The notes under the pieces were generated by a model, which was not told the DNA's origin, made no database searches, and saw only the letters and a program-made list of their open reading frames with translations. 57,984 bases of DNA, from the NCBI GenBank assembly GCA_017467895.1, contig JAFUKB010000012.1, forward strand, positions 1 to 57,984, read 5' to 3'. Of this stretch, positions 36,327 through 45,743 are shown piece after piece (position 1 is the stretch's first letter; each line of letters opens with the position of its first letter). Both the position numbers and the translations under genes were made by a program. This DNA is from Clostridia bacterium (GTDB taxonomy: Bacteria; Bacillota; Clostridia; Christensenellales; UBA1242).

Positions 36327-39300
36327 ATGAAAAAAGAATTAGACCGCTTGCCAGACATTGGCAAGGTTCAAGAAGAAGTTTTGAAGTTTTGGAAAGAAGA
36401 TAAGACATTTGAAAAATCAGTTGCAAAAGAGGGGGCAAAAGAGGTTGTTTTTTATGACGGCCCACCATTCCCAACAGGCAAACCACACCACGGCACCGTG
36501 CTTGTTTCGTTTATTAAAGATATGGTTGCTCGCTATCACACCATGCAGGGGTATTCGGTGCCTCGTCAATGGGGGTGGGACTGCCACGGTCTTCCTATTG
36601 AGGTTCAAGTAGAAAATGCCATGGGCATAACCAACAAAACCGACATAGAAAACAAAATTGGCGTAGCCGAGTTCAACAACAAATGTTACGAACGCGTATC
36701 ACAAAACAACGACGCTTGGCGCGAATATGTTGAACAAATGGCTCGCTGGGTAGATTACGACAACGCTTACAAAACCATGAATACCGACTTTATGGAAAGC
36801 GTTATTTGGGCATTTAAAGAATTATATAACAAGGGGCTAATATATAAAGACTATCGCGTTACCCCATACTGCCACAGGTGCGAAACTGCACTTTCTATCT
36901 CCGAAACGCGCGAATCTGACTCTACTCGTCCTCGTCAAGACCGTTGGACTATTGCAAAGTTTAAAACAAATGAACAACTAGACGGCATGCCTGTTTATAT
37001 GCTTGCATGGACAACCACACCATGGACTCTTCCATCAAACATGGCACTTGCTGTTGGCGAAAACATTGAATATGCATATGCTCAAGTTGGCGAGCAAGTT
37101 TATGTTGCTGCCAAAAATGCTCTTGGTGCATATAAAAGCGTATTTGGCGACGAACCAAAAGTGTTAAAAACTGTTAAGGGTGCAGACCTTGTTGGCAAAA
37201 CTTACACTCCTCTTTTTGATTTTTTTGCAAATTTAAAAGACGAGGGTGCGTTTAAAGTTATTTCTGCCGACTTTGTTGCCGAGGACGAAGGTATTGCCAT
37301 TGTTCACATTGCCCCTGCTTTTGGCGAAGACGACTATTGGGCATGCAAGAAAAACAACGTTCCACTCGTTTGCCCTGTTAACGAAAAAGGTAAGTTTACC
37401 GAACAAGTTCCAATGTTTGAAGGCAAAAATGTTTTTGAAACCAACACAGATGTTGTTCGTTATTTAAAAGAACGCGACCTTTATGTTGCCGACGGCAGTC
37501 TTGTTCACAACTACCCTCACTGCTGGCGCTGTGGCGAACCGCTAATTTACAAAGCAATGGAGGCATGGTATGTTTCTATTGATAAATTAAAAGATAGGCT
37601 GGTTGAACAAAATGAAAAAGTTAACTGGGTGCCAGAATATATTAAAACAGGTCGTTTTGGAAACTGGCTTGCCAACGCTCGTGATTGGAATATCTCTCGT
37701 AATCGTTACTGGAGCACTCCAATTCCTGTTTGGGAATGTGAATGCTGTGGCAAACGAAAAGTTGCGGGCTCTATTGCCGAAATTGAACAACTCTCCGGCA
37801 AAAAGGTTGATAACTTGCATAAGCAATATTTAGATGAAATTCAGTTCAAGTGCGAGTGCGGTCACACTATGAAGCGCGTAAGCGAAGTATTGGACTGCTG
37901 GTTTGAGTCTGGAAGCGTTCCGTTTGCTCGTTTGCATTATCCATTTGAAAACAAGGCATGGTTTGAAGAACACTCTCCATCTGACTTTGTTGTTGAATAC
38001 ACTGGTCAAATTAGATGCTGGTTCTATTATTTACATGTGCTTTCTGTTGCACTGTTTGACAAGCCTGCTTACAAAAATTGCGTTGTTCACGGAACCGTTC
38101 TTGCCAAAGACGGCAAAAAACTCTCAAAAAAATCCAAAAACTACACCGACCCAATGGAACTTATGAAATCGTTTGGCACCGACGCGTTTAGATTGTATAT
38201 GTATGATTCAAACGCAATGCTTGTAAACGATATGCAGTTTGACGAGGCTGGACTAAAAGACAGTTTGCAACAAATTGTTTTACCTTTCTGGAACTGTGCT
38301 TACTTTTATCAAAGTTATTCTCAAATAGATAACTTTGTTGGCAACATCAACCACACTCCAAACCCAAGCAACAAGTTAGATAAGTGGATTTTATCAAAAC
38401 TTTATGCAACAGCAAAAACAATTAAAGACAGCATGGATAATTACCGCGTTGACGAGTATATTAAACCTATTATATCTTTAATAGACGGGCTTTCTAACTG
38501 GTACATTCGTCGTAGCCGTCGCAGATTCTGGGCAAGCGGACTAGACAAAGACAAACAAGACGCATACGAAACACTTTATTATGTTTTAATTAACACTGCA
38601 AAACTTCTTGCTCCTGTTGCGCCAATCGTTTCTGAAAAAGTATTTAAAAGTTTAACCAACAAAGACAGTGTTCACTTAGAACTTTGGCCAAATGTTCCAA
38701 AAGAGTTTAATAATCAAGCATTGTTAGAGCAAATTGACTCAGTTCAAGATGTTATTCACCTTGCAAGAGGCATTAGAAACAAACAAAATATTAAAAATCG
38801 TCAACCTCTTTCATTGCTTCAAGTTGCCTTTGCAAACCCTGCCGACAAAACTGCCCTTGAAGAATATAAAACCATTATTGCCGAAGAACTTAATGTTAAA
38901 AACATTGAATTTATTGACAATGTAAACGAAATCGCAACAGTAAATTACAAAGTAAATTTTGCAACGGTTGGCAAAACAATGGGCAACAAAATTCCAGTTA
39001 TTACAAAAGCAATAAAAACTGGCAACATTAAACTTGACGGCGGAAAATATTACATTGACGGCGACGAACAACTTGTTTTAAACAAAGAGGACATTTTGGT
39101 GACCTATGTTGCAAAAAGCGACAAGCCTGTTGCAAGCGACGAACGCATTGTTGTTGCACTTGACCTCAACATAACACCAGAACTTAAAAACGAAGGAGTT
39201 GCTCGCGAAATTGTCCGCAATATTCAAGACGCCCGCAAAACACTTGAACTTAACATTACTGACCGCATTCAACTTTGTTTAAGCGAGAATTGCCCTGCTG

Positions 39301-39416
39301 TGTTTGTTGACTATATTTGCAAAGAAACACTTGCCGACTTAACTTCTCTCACAGCAAATCAAGCAGACTTTAGCCTTGAAACCGAAGGCGTGCAAGTTTT
39401 AATTAAAAAGTATTAA
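36327..39416 (+). CDS. ileS: isoleucine--tRNA ligase (long, probably type-2 form)
   Basis: PPFPTGKPHHGT (HIGH region) and KLSKKSKN (KMSKS region) in a 1,029-aa protein. AAGGAG RBS. Confidence 0.95.
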   Translation: MKKELDRLPDIGKVQEEVLKFWKEDKTFEKSVAKEGAKEVVFYDGPPFPTGKPHHGTVLVSFIKDMVARYHTMQGYSVPRQWGWDCHGLPIEVQVENAMGITNKTDIENKIGVAEFNNKCYERVSQNNDAWREYVEQMARWVDYDNAYKTMNTDFMESVIWAFKELYNKGLIYKDYRVTPYCHRCETALSISETRESDSTRPRQDRWTIAKFKTNEQLDGMPVYMLAWTTTPWTLPSNMALAVGENIEYAYAQVGEQVYVAAKNALGAYKSVFGDEPKVLKTVKGADLVGKTYTPLFDFFANLKDEGAFKVISADFVAEDEGIAIVHIAPAFGEDDYWACKKNNVPLVCPVNEKGKFTEQVPMFEGKNVFETNTDVVRYLKERDLYVADGSLVHNYPHCWRCGEPLIYKAMEAWYVSIDKLKDRLVEQNEKVNWVPEYIKTGRFGNWLANARDWNISRNRYWSTPIPVWECECCGKRKVAGSIAEIEQLSGKKVDNLHKQYLDEIQFKCECGHTMKRVSEVLDCWFESGSVPFARLHYPFENKAWFEEHSPSDFVVEYTGQIRCWFYYLHVLSVALFDKPAYKNCVVHGTVLAKDGKKLSKKSKNYTDPMELMKSFGTDAFRLYMYDSNAMLVNDMQFDEAGLKDSLQQIVLPFWNCAYFYQSYSQIDNFVGNINHTPNPSNKLDKWILSKLYATAKTIKDSMDNYRVDEYIKPIISLIDGLSNWYIRRSRRRFWASGLDKDKQDAYETLYYVLINTAKLLAPVAPIVSEKVFKSLTNKDSVHLELWPNVPKEFNNQALLEQIDSVQDVIHLARGIRNKQNIKNRQPLSLLQVAFANPADKTALEEYKTIIAEELNVKNIEFIDNVNEIATVNYKVNFATVGKTMGNKIPVITKAIKTGNIKLDGGKYYIDGDEQLVLNKEDILVTYVAKSDKPVASDERIVVALDLNITPELKNEGVAREIVRNIQDARKTLELNITDRIQLCLSENCPAVFVDYICKETLADLTSLTANQADFSLETEGVQVLIKKY

Positions 39417-39435
39417 AACATAACAAAAAAAGTTA

Positions 39436-39466
39436 AAAAAACAGCAATTTTGCTGTTTTTTTATTT
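39436..39466 (+). terminator. ileS intrinsic terminator
   Basis: aaacagcaa ttt tgctgttt followed by T7. Confidence 0.8.
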
Positions 39467-39471
39467 GTTTT

Positions 39472-39511
39472 TTAAGAATGCAAGAACAACACGAATGCAA
39501 TATGTATTTTC
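39472..39511 (-). repeat. 40-nt dispersed intergenic repeat, copy B (inverted orientation)
   Basis: The reverse complement reads GAAAATACATATTGCATTCGTGTTGTTCTTGCATTCTTAA. Confidence 0.8.
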
Positions 39512-39622
39512 TTTTTATGCTTTTTTGCCTGTTATTAAAAAATCTTTTTTATTAATTGTTGGATGTTTAGCATATTTTTATAACATTTACCCATACTAGC
39601 GTTAGCGAAAGGAGAATAATTT

Positions 39623-40336
39623 ATGAAAAAAAGAATTTTTAGCATTATGCTTATGTTTTGTTTTGCAGTTGGAGTAATTGCGTTGTTTGGCGGTTGCGAT
39701 AATAGCATGTGTGTTTATGCAGGCAAAGATTTAACTCTTGCTGAGGCAATTCAAAATGTTAATGATGGCGGAACAATTAAGTTAGACGCTAATATAACAT
39801 TAGACGAGCAAGTTATTGTTAACAAAACACTAACACTCGACCTTGGCGGTTATGCCATTAATAATACAAGTGACATTTGGAACGACTCAGAAGGCGTTAA
39901 AACATGGTCGCTTATTTCTGTGCAAGAAGGCGGAAATTTAACTATTAAAAACGGTTCACTTCTTGCAAAAGAAAATGACTGTTATGCACTTGATGTGCGT
40001 GATGGCGCCAGCCTTACCATTGAGGATGGCAATTATGTTGGAAATGTAACAGTTGTATATGTGCATACTGGCAATGCAGTAATAAATGGCGGAAATTTTA
40101 AATTGTTGCAATTAGACAACAACTTTGGCGACCATCGACATTTAATTAACTGCCTTGACGCAAATTGGCAAAATGGCACAGCCAGTATTACTGTTAAAGG
40201 TGGAACATTTGAAAATTATGACCCATCTAACAATCAGAGCCTAGAACATAACTTTGTTGAAGATGGCTATACTGTAACCGAATCAACACAAAATGGCAAC
40301 ACTTATTATTCTGTAAACAACTCTAACCAAATTTAA
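39623..40336 (+). CDS. secreted lipoprotein, beta-helix-like, unknown function (237 aa)
   Basis: Signal plus lipobox MKKRIFSIMLMFCFAVGVIALFGGC. AGGAG RBS. Repetitive G-N-rich strands (TIKLDANITLDEQVIVNKTLTLDLGG). Confidence 0.75.
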   Translation: MKKRIFSIMLMFCFAVGVIALFGGCDNSMCVYAGKDLTLAEAIQNVNDGGTIKLDANITLDEQVIVNKTLTLDLGGYAINNTSDIWNDSEGVKTWSLISVQEGGNLTIKNGSLLAKENDCYALDVRDGASLTIEDGNYVGNVTVVYVHTGNAVINGGNFKLLQLDNNFGDHRHLINCLDANWQNGTASITVKGGTFENYDPSNNQSLEHNFVEDGYTVTESTQNGNTYYSVNNSNQI

Positions 40337-40351
40337 TCCATGTATTCCATT

Positions 40352-40387
40352 AAAAAAACTTGCTGTAACAATAGGCAAGTTTTTTTG
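40352..40387 (+). terminator. intrinsic terminator (bidirectional)
   Basis: aacttgc (40357-40363) / gcaagtt (40375-40381) with flanking A7 and T7. Confidence 0.7.
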
Positions 40388-40445
40388 CATTATTTGATTT
40401 TACAAAACGCAAATATTATTTTAATTAATTACCAATTATTTGAAA

Positions 40446-40763
40446 TTATGTTCTTTCCAATACTTGAATTGTTTTATTATAGCGTTCTTTCATTTTTTGG
40501 ATAAATTCTTCTAATGTGTTAATTATTTTTTCCTTTGGTAATCTATCAACACTTTCAACACTTGTAAGCATCACATAATATTTTATGCCTTCACTTTTGT
40601 GTGCCAAGGTTAATTTCTTCGCTATTTCCCTTGCAACAGCCTCATTTAAAAAGTAAAACTCTAATTGCCCAGATGGAGCATGCTTAACCGTTGCTCTGTT
40701 TAGCAAAATTGGCTTTTCGTTATACCTATTTACTGGCCCATATGAAATTCTGCAAACCCTCAT
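40446..40763 (-). CDS. hypothetical protein (105 aa)
   Basis: GGGGGA RBS 7 nt before the ATG. No recognisable motif. Confidence 0.55.
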   Translation of the reverse strand: MRVCRISYGPVNRYNEKPILLNRATVKHAPSGQLEFYFLNEAVAREIAKKLTLAHKSEGIKYYVMLTSVESVDRLPKEKIINTLEEFIQKMKERYNKTIQVLERT

Positions 40764-40905
40764 TCTTTAATCCCCCAATATATCTTTTTTTAGTATATCT
40801 TAGGATTTTAAAAGTTGTCAATATGCAATTATTCAAATTAACACAAAAAAATTAGTAAGTTTTTATAGGCTTCAATTTAACTTCCCGTTTCCCTTATTGC
40901 TAACT

Positions 40906-41811
40906 TTAAAACTTTAACTTGCTTGTTATTTCTTTAACAATTTTAACCGAAGCATTAAACTCTTCTTTTTCTTGTTCGGTCATGTCAAGTTTTAACACTT
41001 CTCTAACACCCTCACGATTAATTATGGTTGGCATACCAATGCAAGTTTTAAGTGAATTATGATAAGACGAAACTGTAAAAATAGAATTTGAGTTATTAAA
41101 AATGGCGTCAGTTATATTTCTTAAACACATGCCAATACCATAAGCAGTGTTGCCTTTTTTGTTAATAATTTCATAAGCACTGCTCTTTACCTGTTTTGCA
41201 ATTCGCTTTTGCGCTGAAACGCTAATAAAGTTATTAACATTACTCAGCCCAATTCGTGCACTGCTCCATGGCACAACTTCACTGTCGCCATGCTCGCCAA
41301 CAACATAGGCATGAATGTTGGTTGGATTTACATCAACCTCTTTGCTAATTAAATATCTTAACCTTGCCGTATCAAGTGTGGTGCCACTGCCAATTACTCT
41401 GCCTTTTGCAAACCCAGAAAGTTTTAGCGTTACAAAAGTCATAACATCTAGCGGGTTGGTTGCAATAAGATAGATTCCATTAAACCCAGTTTTGTTTATT
41501 TCAGAAATTATAGATTTAAAAACCTGAATGTTTTTATCAATTAAATCCAGCCTAGATTCACCCTTTTCTTGATTTCTGCCCGCAGCAATGCAAACTATGT
41601 CAGCATTGTTACAATCTGCATAATCCCCCGCCTTGATTTCAATTTTTCTTTTAGAACAACTCGACGCATGCAACAAGTCCATTGCCTCGCCAAGCGCCTT
41701 TTGCTTGTTTACATCAATTAAAACAAGTTCGTCAACCTTGCTCTCATTAATTAAACAATAAGCATAACTCATGCCAACATTTCCACAGCCAACTAAAACA
41801 ACTTTGTTCAT
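40906..41811 (-). CDS. ldh: L-lactate dehydrogenase
   Basis: VVLVGCGNVGMSYAY and GEHGDSEV motifs. AAGRNQEKGESRLDL carries Gln at the LDH-versus-MDH specificity position. AGGAG RBS. Confidence 0.9.
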   Translation of the reverse strand: MNKVVLVGCGNVGMSYAYCLINESKVDELVLIDVNKQKALGEAMDLLHASSCSKRKIEIKAGDYADCNNADIVCIAAGRNQEKGESRLDLIDKNIQVFKSIISEINKTGFNGIYLIATNPLDVMTFVTLKLSGFAKGRVIGSGTTLDTARLRYLISKEVDVNPTNIHAYVVGEHGDSEVVPWSSARIGLSNVNNFISVSAQKRIAKQVKSSAYEIINKKGNTAYGIGMCLRNITDAIFNNSNSIFTVSSYHNSLKTCIGMPTIINREGVREVLKLDMTEQEKEEFNASVKIVKEITSKLKF

Positions 41812-41981
41812 AAAAACTCCTTTAAAAATATTTTTAACAAATTAAAATATTTTTTTCAAATGTATTAACTCTGAATAATGGGAGAAAGTGTAATTTTATT
41901 TTTTTACATCTAATCCTCCAAACATTAAAATGGGATTAGCCAAAACACGACTTAAATGACATTATGCTTGTAAAATACTTT

Positions 41982-42779
41982 CTAATTTTTTTGAGACTTT
42001 ACATTATTATTAACACTGGCATAAAAATCTTTTATAATTCTTTTAAATTTATGTGGCAGTTTAGATATTGCATTTTCTTTTAACTCCTCGTTAATTCCAA
42101 ACATCGCTTCTGCCATACTTCCAACAATACAAGCATTTGTGTCAGTGTCTCCACCAAAAGAAATTGCAAGTTTAATGCTTTCTTCAAAACTGTTCAAATT
42201 AAATAAAGAATAAAGACATAAATCTATTGTTGTTGAACAAGTATAATTGAATTCTGATAAATTAGGTTGCTTAAATTTTAAATCTAGTTTTGTAATTATT
42301 TCTTGTTTACTTAATCCATTCCTTGCATAAAAAATAATTAATGAAATAATTTTAGCAGATTTAATTGCTTCTTCACTATTATGTGATGGAATTGTTGCCA
42401 GTAATGCGTTTTCTATAACTTCTTCTTCGGTATTAAATAAATACCCTACAGGCGAAACCCTCATCATAGCACCATTTCCCGCACTTTCTCCTTGAAAATT
42501 TCCCTTCGCCCATTTTGTAAAACTAGGCGAAAACATTGTTTTAAAATAAGGAATCCCATGAGGTATTTCTTTATCATAAGCCAAGGCGTATTCTTTTAAT
42601 TTTGTTTCATAATCCACATTATTTAATATTGCATCTGCTATAGATACAGTTAAGATAGTGTCATCACTAAAAAAAGACTTTTCTTCTATAATATTACCCA
42701 CTTTTATGGGATGACAATTTTTTATCTGTTCAAACTCATAAATTGAACCTGCCAAATCGCCTATAATTGCACCAAGCAT
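41982..42779 (-). CDS. ADP-ribosylglycohydrolase family protein
   Basis: N-terminal GAIIGDLAGSIYEF and C-terminal GGDTDTNACIVGSMAEA metal-site motifs. AGGAGA RBS. Confidence 0.8.
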   Translation of the reverse strand: MLGAIIGDLAGSIYEFEQIKNCHPIKVGNIIEEKSFFSDDTILTVSIADAILNNVDYETKLKEYALAYDKEIPHGIPYFKTMFSPSFTKWAKGNFQGESAGNGAMMRVSPVGYLFNTEEEVIENALLATIPSHNSEEAIKSAKIISLIIFYARNGLSKQEIITKLDLKFKQPNLSEFNYTCSTTIDLCLYSLFNLNSFEESIKLAISFGGDTDTNACIVGSMAEAMFGINEELKENAISKLPHKFKRIIKDFYASVNNNVKSQKN

Positions 42780-42841
42780 TTAATCTCTCCTTAGTTTTTG
42801 TTATATCATATTTAAAGAAAATTTCAAAATAATCCCTTAAA

Positions 42842-42877
42842 TAAAAAAGTACGCACCCCTTAATTTAGGGCTCGTAC
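42842..42877 (-). terminator. terminator of the tRNA transcription unit
   Basis: Nested stems gtacg/cgtac and ccct/aggg, followed by T6 on the minus strand. Confidence 0.6.
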
Positions 42878-42887
42878 AAATTGCTCA

Positions 42888-42962
42888 TGGTGCACCCACC
42901 AAGACTCGAACTCGGCATAATCGTTCCGAAGACGATTGTGATATCCACTTCACTATGGGTGC
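42888..42962 (-). tRNA. tRNA-Arg (anticodon TCG), CCA encoded
   Basis: Hand-folded cloverleaf: GCACCCA TA GTGA AGTGGATA TCAC A ATCGT CTTCGGA ACGAT TATG CCGAG TTCGAGT CTTGG TGGGTGC A CCA. Confidence 0.85.
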
Positions 42963-42989
42963 AAAAAGTGACAATTTTTATAAGGGAAC

Positions 42990-43048
42990 TATCGCCCCCG
43001 TCGGTTTACTTCAAAGACCGATGCTCTATCCTGTTGAACTACGGGAGC
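42990..43048 (-). ncRNA. tRNA-like element lacking a T arm (Gln-like TTG in an 11-nt loop); pseudo-tRNA or novel small RNA
   Basis: GCTCCCG TA GTTC AACAGGATA GAGC A TCGGT CTTTGAAGTAA ACCGA CGGGGGC. Acceptor, D arm and anticodon stem all pair. There is no variable or T arm and no CCA. Confidence 0.4.
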
Positions 43049-43319
43049 AAAATACATTAGCAGTTTAATGCTTTGGTTACAATTTTGTCAAATTAAATAC
43101 ATTTTTAACCCATTTAAAAAGTAAGCACTTTTTGTCAAATTGGGTCTTGAATAATAAAATTTTGTGTGTTACAATTTTTATGCAATATAACACACATTTT
43201 TGTTTGCAGTGAAAAATCTAAAAATTTACTAATCAAATTTGTTGTGCTTTAACTTAAATAAAACAAAATTTATTAACTTACATACAGTAATACAAAGATA
43301 CTTGAAAAAGCGAGGGCTT

Positions 43320-44831
43320 ATGGCAGTACAAAAAATTGTTGAACTAGAAAAAGGCGTAAAATTAGTTTATCAAAAACAAGGGTCTTTTAATGGCTACTCT
43401 TTTGCAATAGGTTTTAAAGGCGGTGCTCAACTAGACGGGCAATATAAAGGGCTTAGCCATCTGCTGGAGCACCTTTTGTTTAGAACACCAAACCCCCGCT
43501 CAACCAGCGTGCTTTTAGATAACATTTTAAAATACACAATTAATCAAAACGCTTACACAACGCAAGATTGCATTTGTGTACACTTTTCATGCACATATGG
43601 CAATGTTGAAAAAGCGCTAGAAAACTGCATGAGCAACATTATTGGCAGAACGCGCTTTACTCAAGCACAAATTGACCGAGAAATTGAAATTGTAAAACAT
43701 GAAATAAAAATGTATGAAGACCGATTGGCATTTGACCTACCTTCTGCGCTTGAATGTTTGCTTAGTGCAATGCAAATTGCTCCAGCCGACATGAGCACAT
43801 TCGACATTTTGGGCTCGGCAAAATCTTTGCATAAAATAACTCCCGAAATTTTAAAGACCTATGTAAAAAGATATTTTAATTCAGAAAATTTAATTATCTC
43901 GGTTACATCTAACAAACCTATTGAAAAAGTTATTGAACTTTGCAACACTTACATTTTGCCAAAGGTTAAACCAGCAACTAGCAAAAGATATATTATATGT
44001 CCCCCCCCCGCACCAATTTTCCATCAAAAAAACTTGCTTGTTGCAATGCCAAACGACATTTCGGAATCTGTTTCAATTTGCTTAATGCTTCGCGAGCGCA
44101 CGGGCAAGGCTGATGACATTAATCTTGAATATGCTTACGATATTGTTGAAGAATATTTAATGAACCATATGGGTGGCATGCTTTGGGATATATTGCGTCA
44201 AAAAAATCAACTTGTTTATGAATACTCATTAAGCAACTTAGACTTTGACACTGTAAAATTTAAAGCAATTAACTTAACCACAACCGCACCAAAAATGCGC
44301 AAAGCAATTTCTGAAGTTTGCAAGTTAATTTATAGCATTGCTCAAAATGGCATTCCAAAAGAAAAGTTTGATGCGGTTAAAAAAATGCTAACCGATGTTG
44401 AAAATGCAAACCTCAACAAATTTAAGCCATGCTCAGCAAACTCAAACTTTAAAGAATTTTTGCATGGTCAAGAATATGTAGATTACAAAAAAGTTAACTC
44501 ATATTTGCAAAACATGACCTATGAAGATTTTATTGAACACATAACCGGCATATACGCCCAAGGCAATGCCTCTTTGGCGGTTGAGGGCAAGTTTGACACT
44601 CGCAAGTGCTACACACTTATTGAAATAGAAAAAATGCTTGGCAACTACTCGCATGTTGAATCGGCATCAGAGATGAATGTTCCAAGAGTTGAAGAAACTC
44701 CTCTTGCTTCCACTATGACACTTGACTTATTAACTCTCATGCAAATGATGGGGCAAAGCGCAGAAAGCGAAGACGCTGAACAGCCAAAACAACCCGAGCC
44801 AGTAAATATGGACGGAGAAAAGATTAAATAA
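43320..44831 (+). CDS. M16-family (pitrilysin-like) zinc peptidase
   Basis: Inverted zincin motif HLLEHLLF. Start moved to the ATG at 43320 (MAVQKIVELEKG), which follows GAGGG. Confidence 0.85.
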   Translation: MAVQKIVELEKGVKLVYQKQGSFNGYSFAIGFKGGAQLDGQYKGLSHLLEHLLFRTPNPRSTSVLLDNILKYTINQNAYTTQDCICVHFSCTYGNVEKALENCMSNIIGRTRFTQAQIDREIEIVKHEIKMYEDRLAFDLPSALECLLSAMQIAPADMSTFDILGSAKSLHKITPEILKTYVKRYFNSENLIISVTSNKPIEKVIELCNTYILPKVKPATSKRYIICPPPAPIFHQKNLLVAMPNDISESVSICLMLRERTGKADDINLEYAYDIVEEYLMNHMGGMLWDILRQKNQLVYEYSLSNLDFDTVKFKAINLTTTAPKMRKAISEVCKLIYSIAQNGIPKEKFDAVKKMLTDVENANLNKFKPCSANSNFKEFLHGQEYVDYKKVNSYLQNMTYEDFIEHITGIYAQGNASLAVEGKFDTRKCYTLIEIEKMLGNYSHVESASEMNVPRVEETPLASTMTLDLLTLMQMMGQSAESEDAEQPKQPEPVNMDGEKIK

Positions 44832-44846
44832 CAAACCATGAAAAAT

Positions 44847-44885
44847 AAACCCACTCAGCATTAAAGGCACTGAGTGGGTTTTTAA
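44847..44885 (+). terminator. bidirectional intrinsic terminator
   Basis: aaacccactcag (44847-44858) / ctgagtgggttt (44870-44881) followed by a T-run. Confidence 0.8.
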
Positions 44886-44956
44886 TGTATTCAAAAATAA
44901 TAAGCCCATAGCATTTTTTATTTTAAAAATGTTAAATTGGCAATTATTGCAAAACA

Positions 44957-45670
44957 CTATTCTTCTATGCTTTCAACTGCAGAATCGCGCTTTCTAATTC
45001 TTTTAACCCTAAAAGTCTTTAAAAAGTTTTTATCAATTTTTAATGCAATTAGCACAAATCCAACGCCCATAAGCGCACCAGCAAAGTCAATAACTAAATC
45101 AACCATTGTGTCAATGAGTGCCTTTTGCCCAATAAGCAATGTGCCGTCATATGTCATATAGCGTTGAAATCCCGAATCGAATATTATATCAACAACAAAC
45201 TCGCCAATCTCCCACAAAACGCCAACAACAACGGAAAAGCATATCATAAACAAAACAGTAAAGCCTAAGTTATGTCTGCCAATATCTTTTTTGTAAACGG
45301 TTACATTTAAAATATAAATGCTCAGCACAGCAACAAGCATTCCCATTAAAAAATGCACCAAAATGTCCCACATTGCTATTTGAGCATAAAACCTTAGTTC
45401 AACGCCCAAAAACGCAGAAACAAACATATACAAATAAAAAACTATGCTTACTACAGGCGAAAAGTTTACTCTAAAAATTTTTTTAATAAAAAATGGCACG
45501 CAAACCAAAACATTGAAAAGCAAACTGTAAATTAATACGCTAACCTCAATGCTTCCCACAATAAAATTTTTTATTGCCAAGATGCTTGCAACAAAAAAGC
45601 AACAAAAAACCGAGTAAAAAATGACTAAATTGAATATATCCCAAAAATGATATTTGTGTTTTGCTTTCAT
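44957..45670 (-). CDS. multi-pass integral membrane protein, unknown function
   Basis: About 6 hydrophobic segments. GAGG RBS. Confidence 0.7.
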   Translation of the reverse strand: MKAKHKYHFWDIFNLVIFYSVFCCFFVASILAIKNFIVGSIEVSVLIYSLLFNVLVCVPFFIKKIFRVNFSPVVSIVFYLYMFVSAFLGVELRFYAQIAMWDILVHFLMGMLVAVLSIYILNVTVYKKDIGRHNLGFTVLFMICFSVVVGVLWEIGEFVVDIIFDSGFQRYMTYDGTLLIGQKALIDTMVDLVIDFAGALMGVGFVLIALKIDKNFLKTFRVKRIRKRDSAVESIEE

Positions 45671-45743
45671 AAAACCTCAGAGACATATTAACACAACCGA
45701 GGCCAAATTAGCAAATGTTTGCCCATGCGACATATACTGAAAT

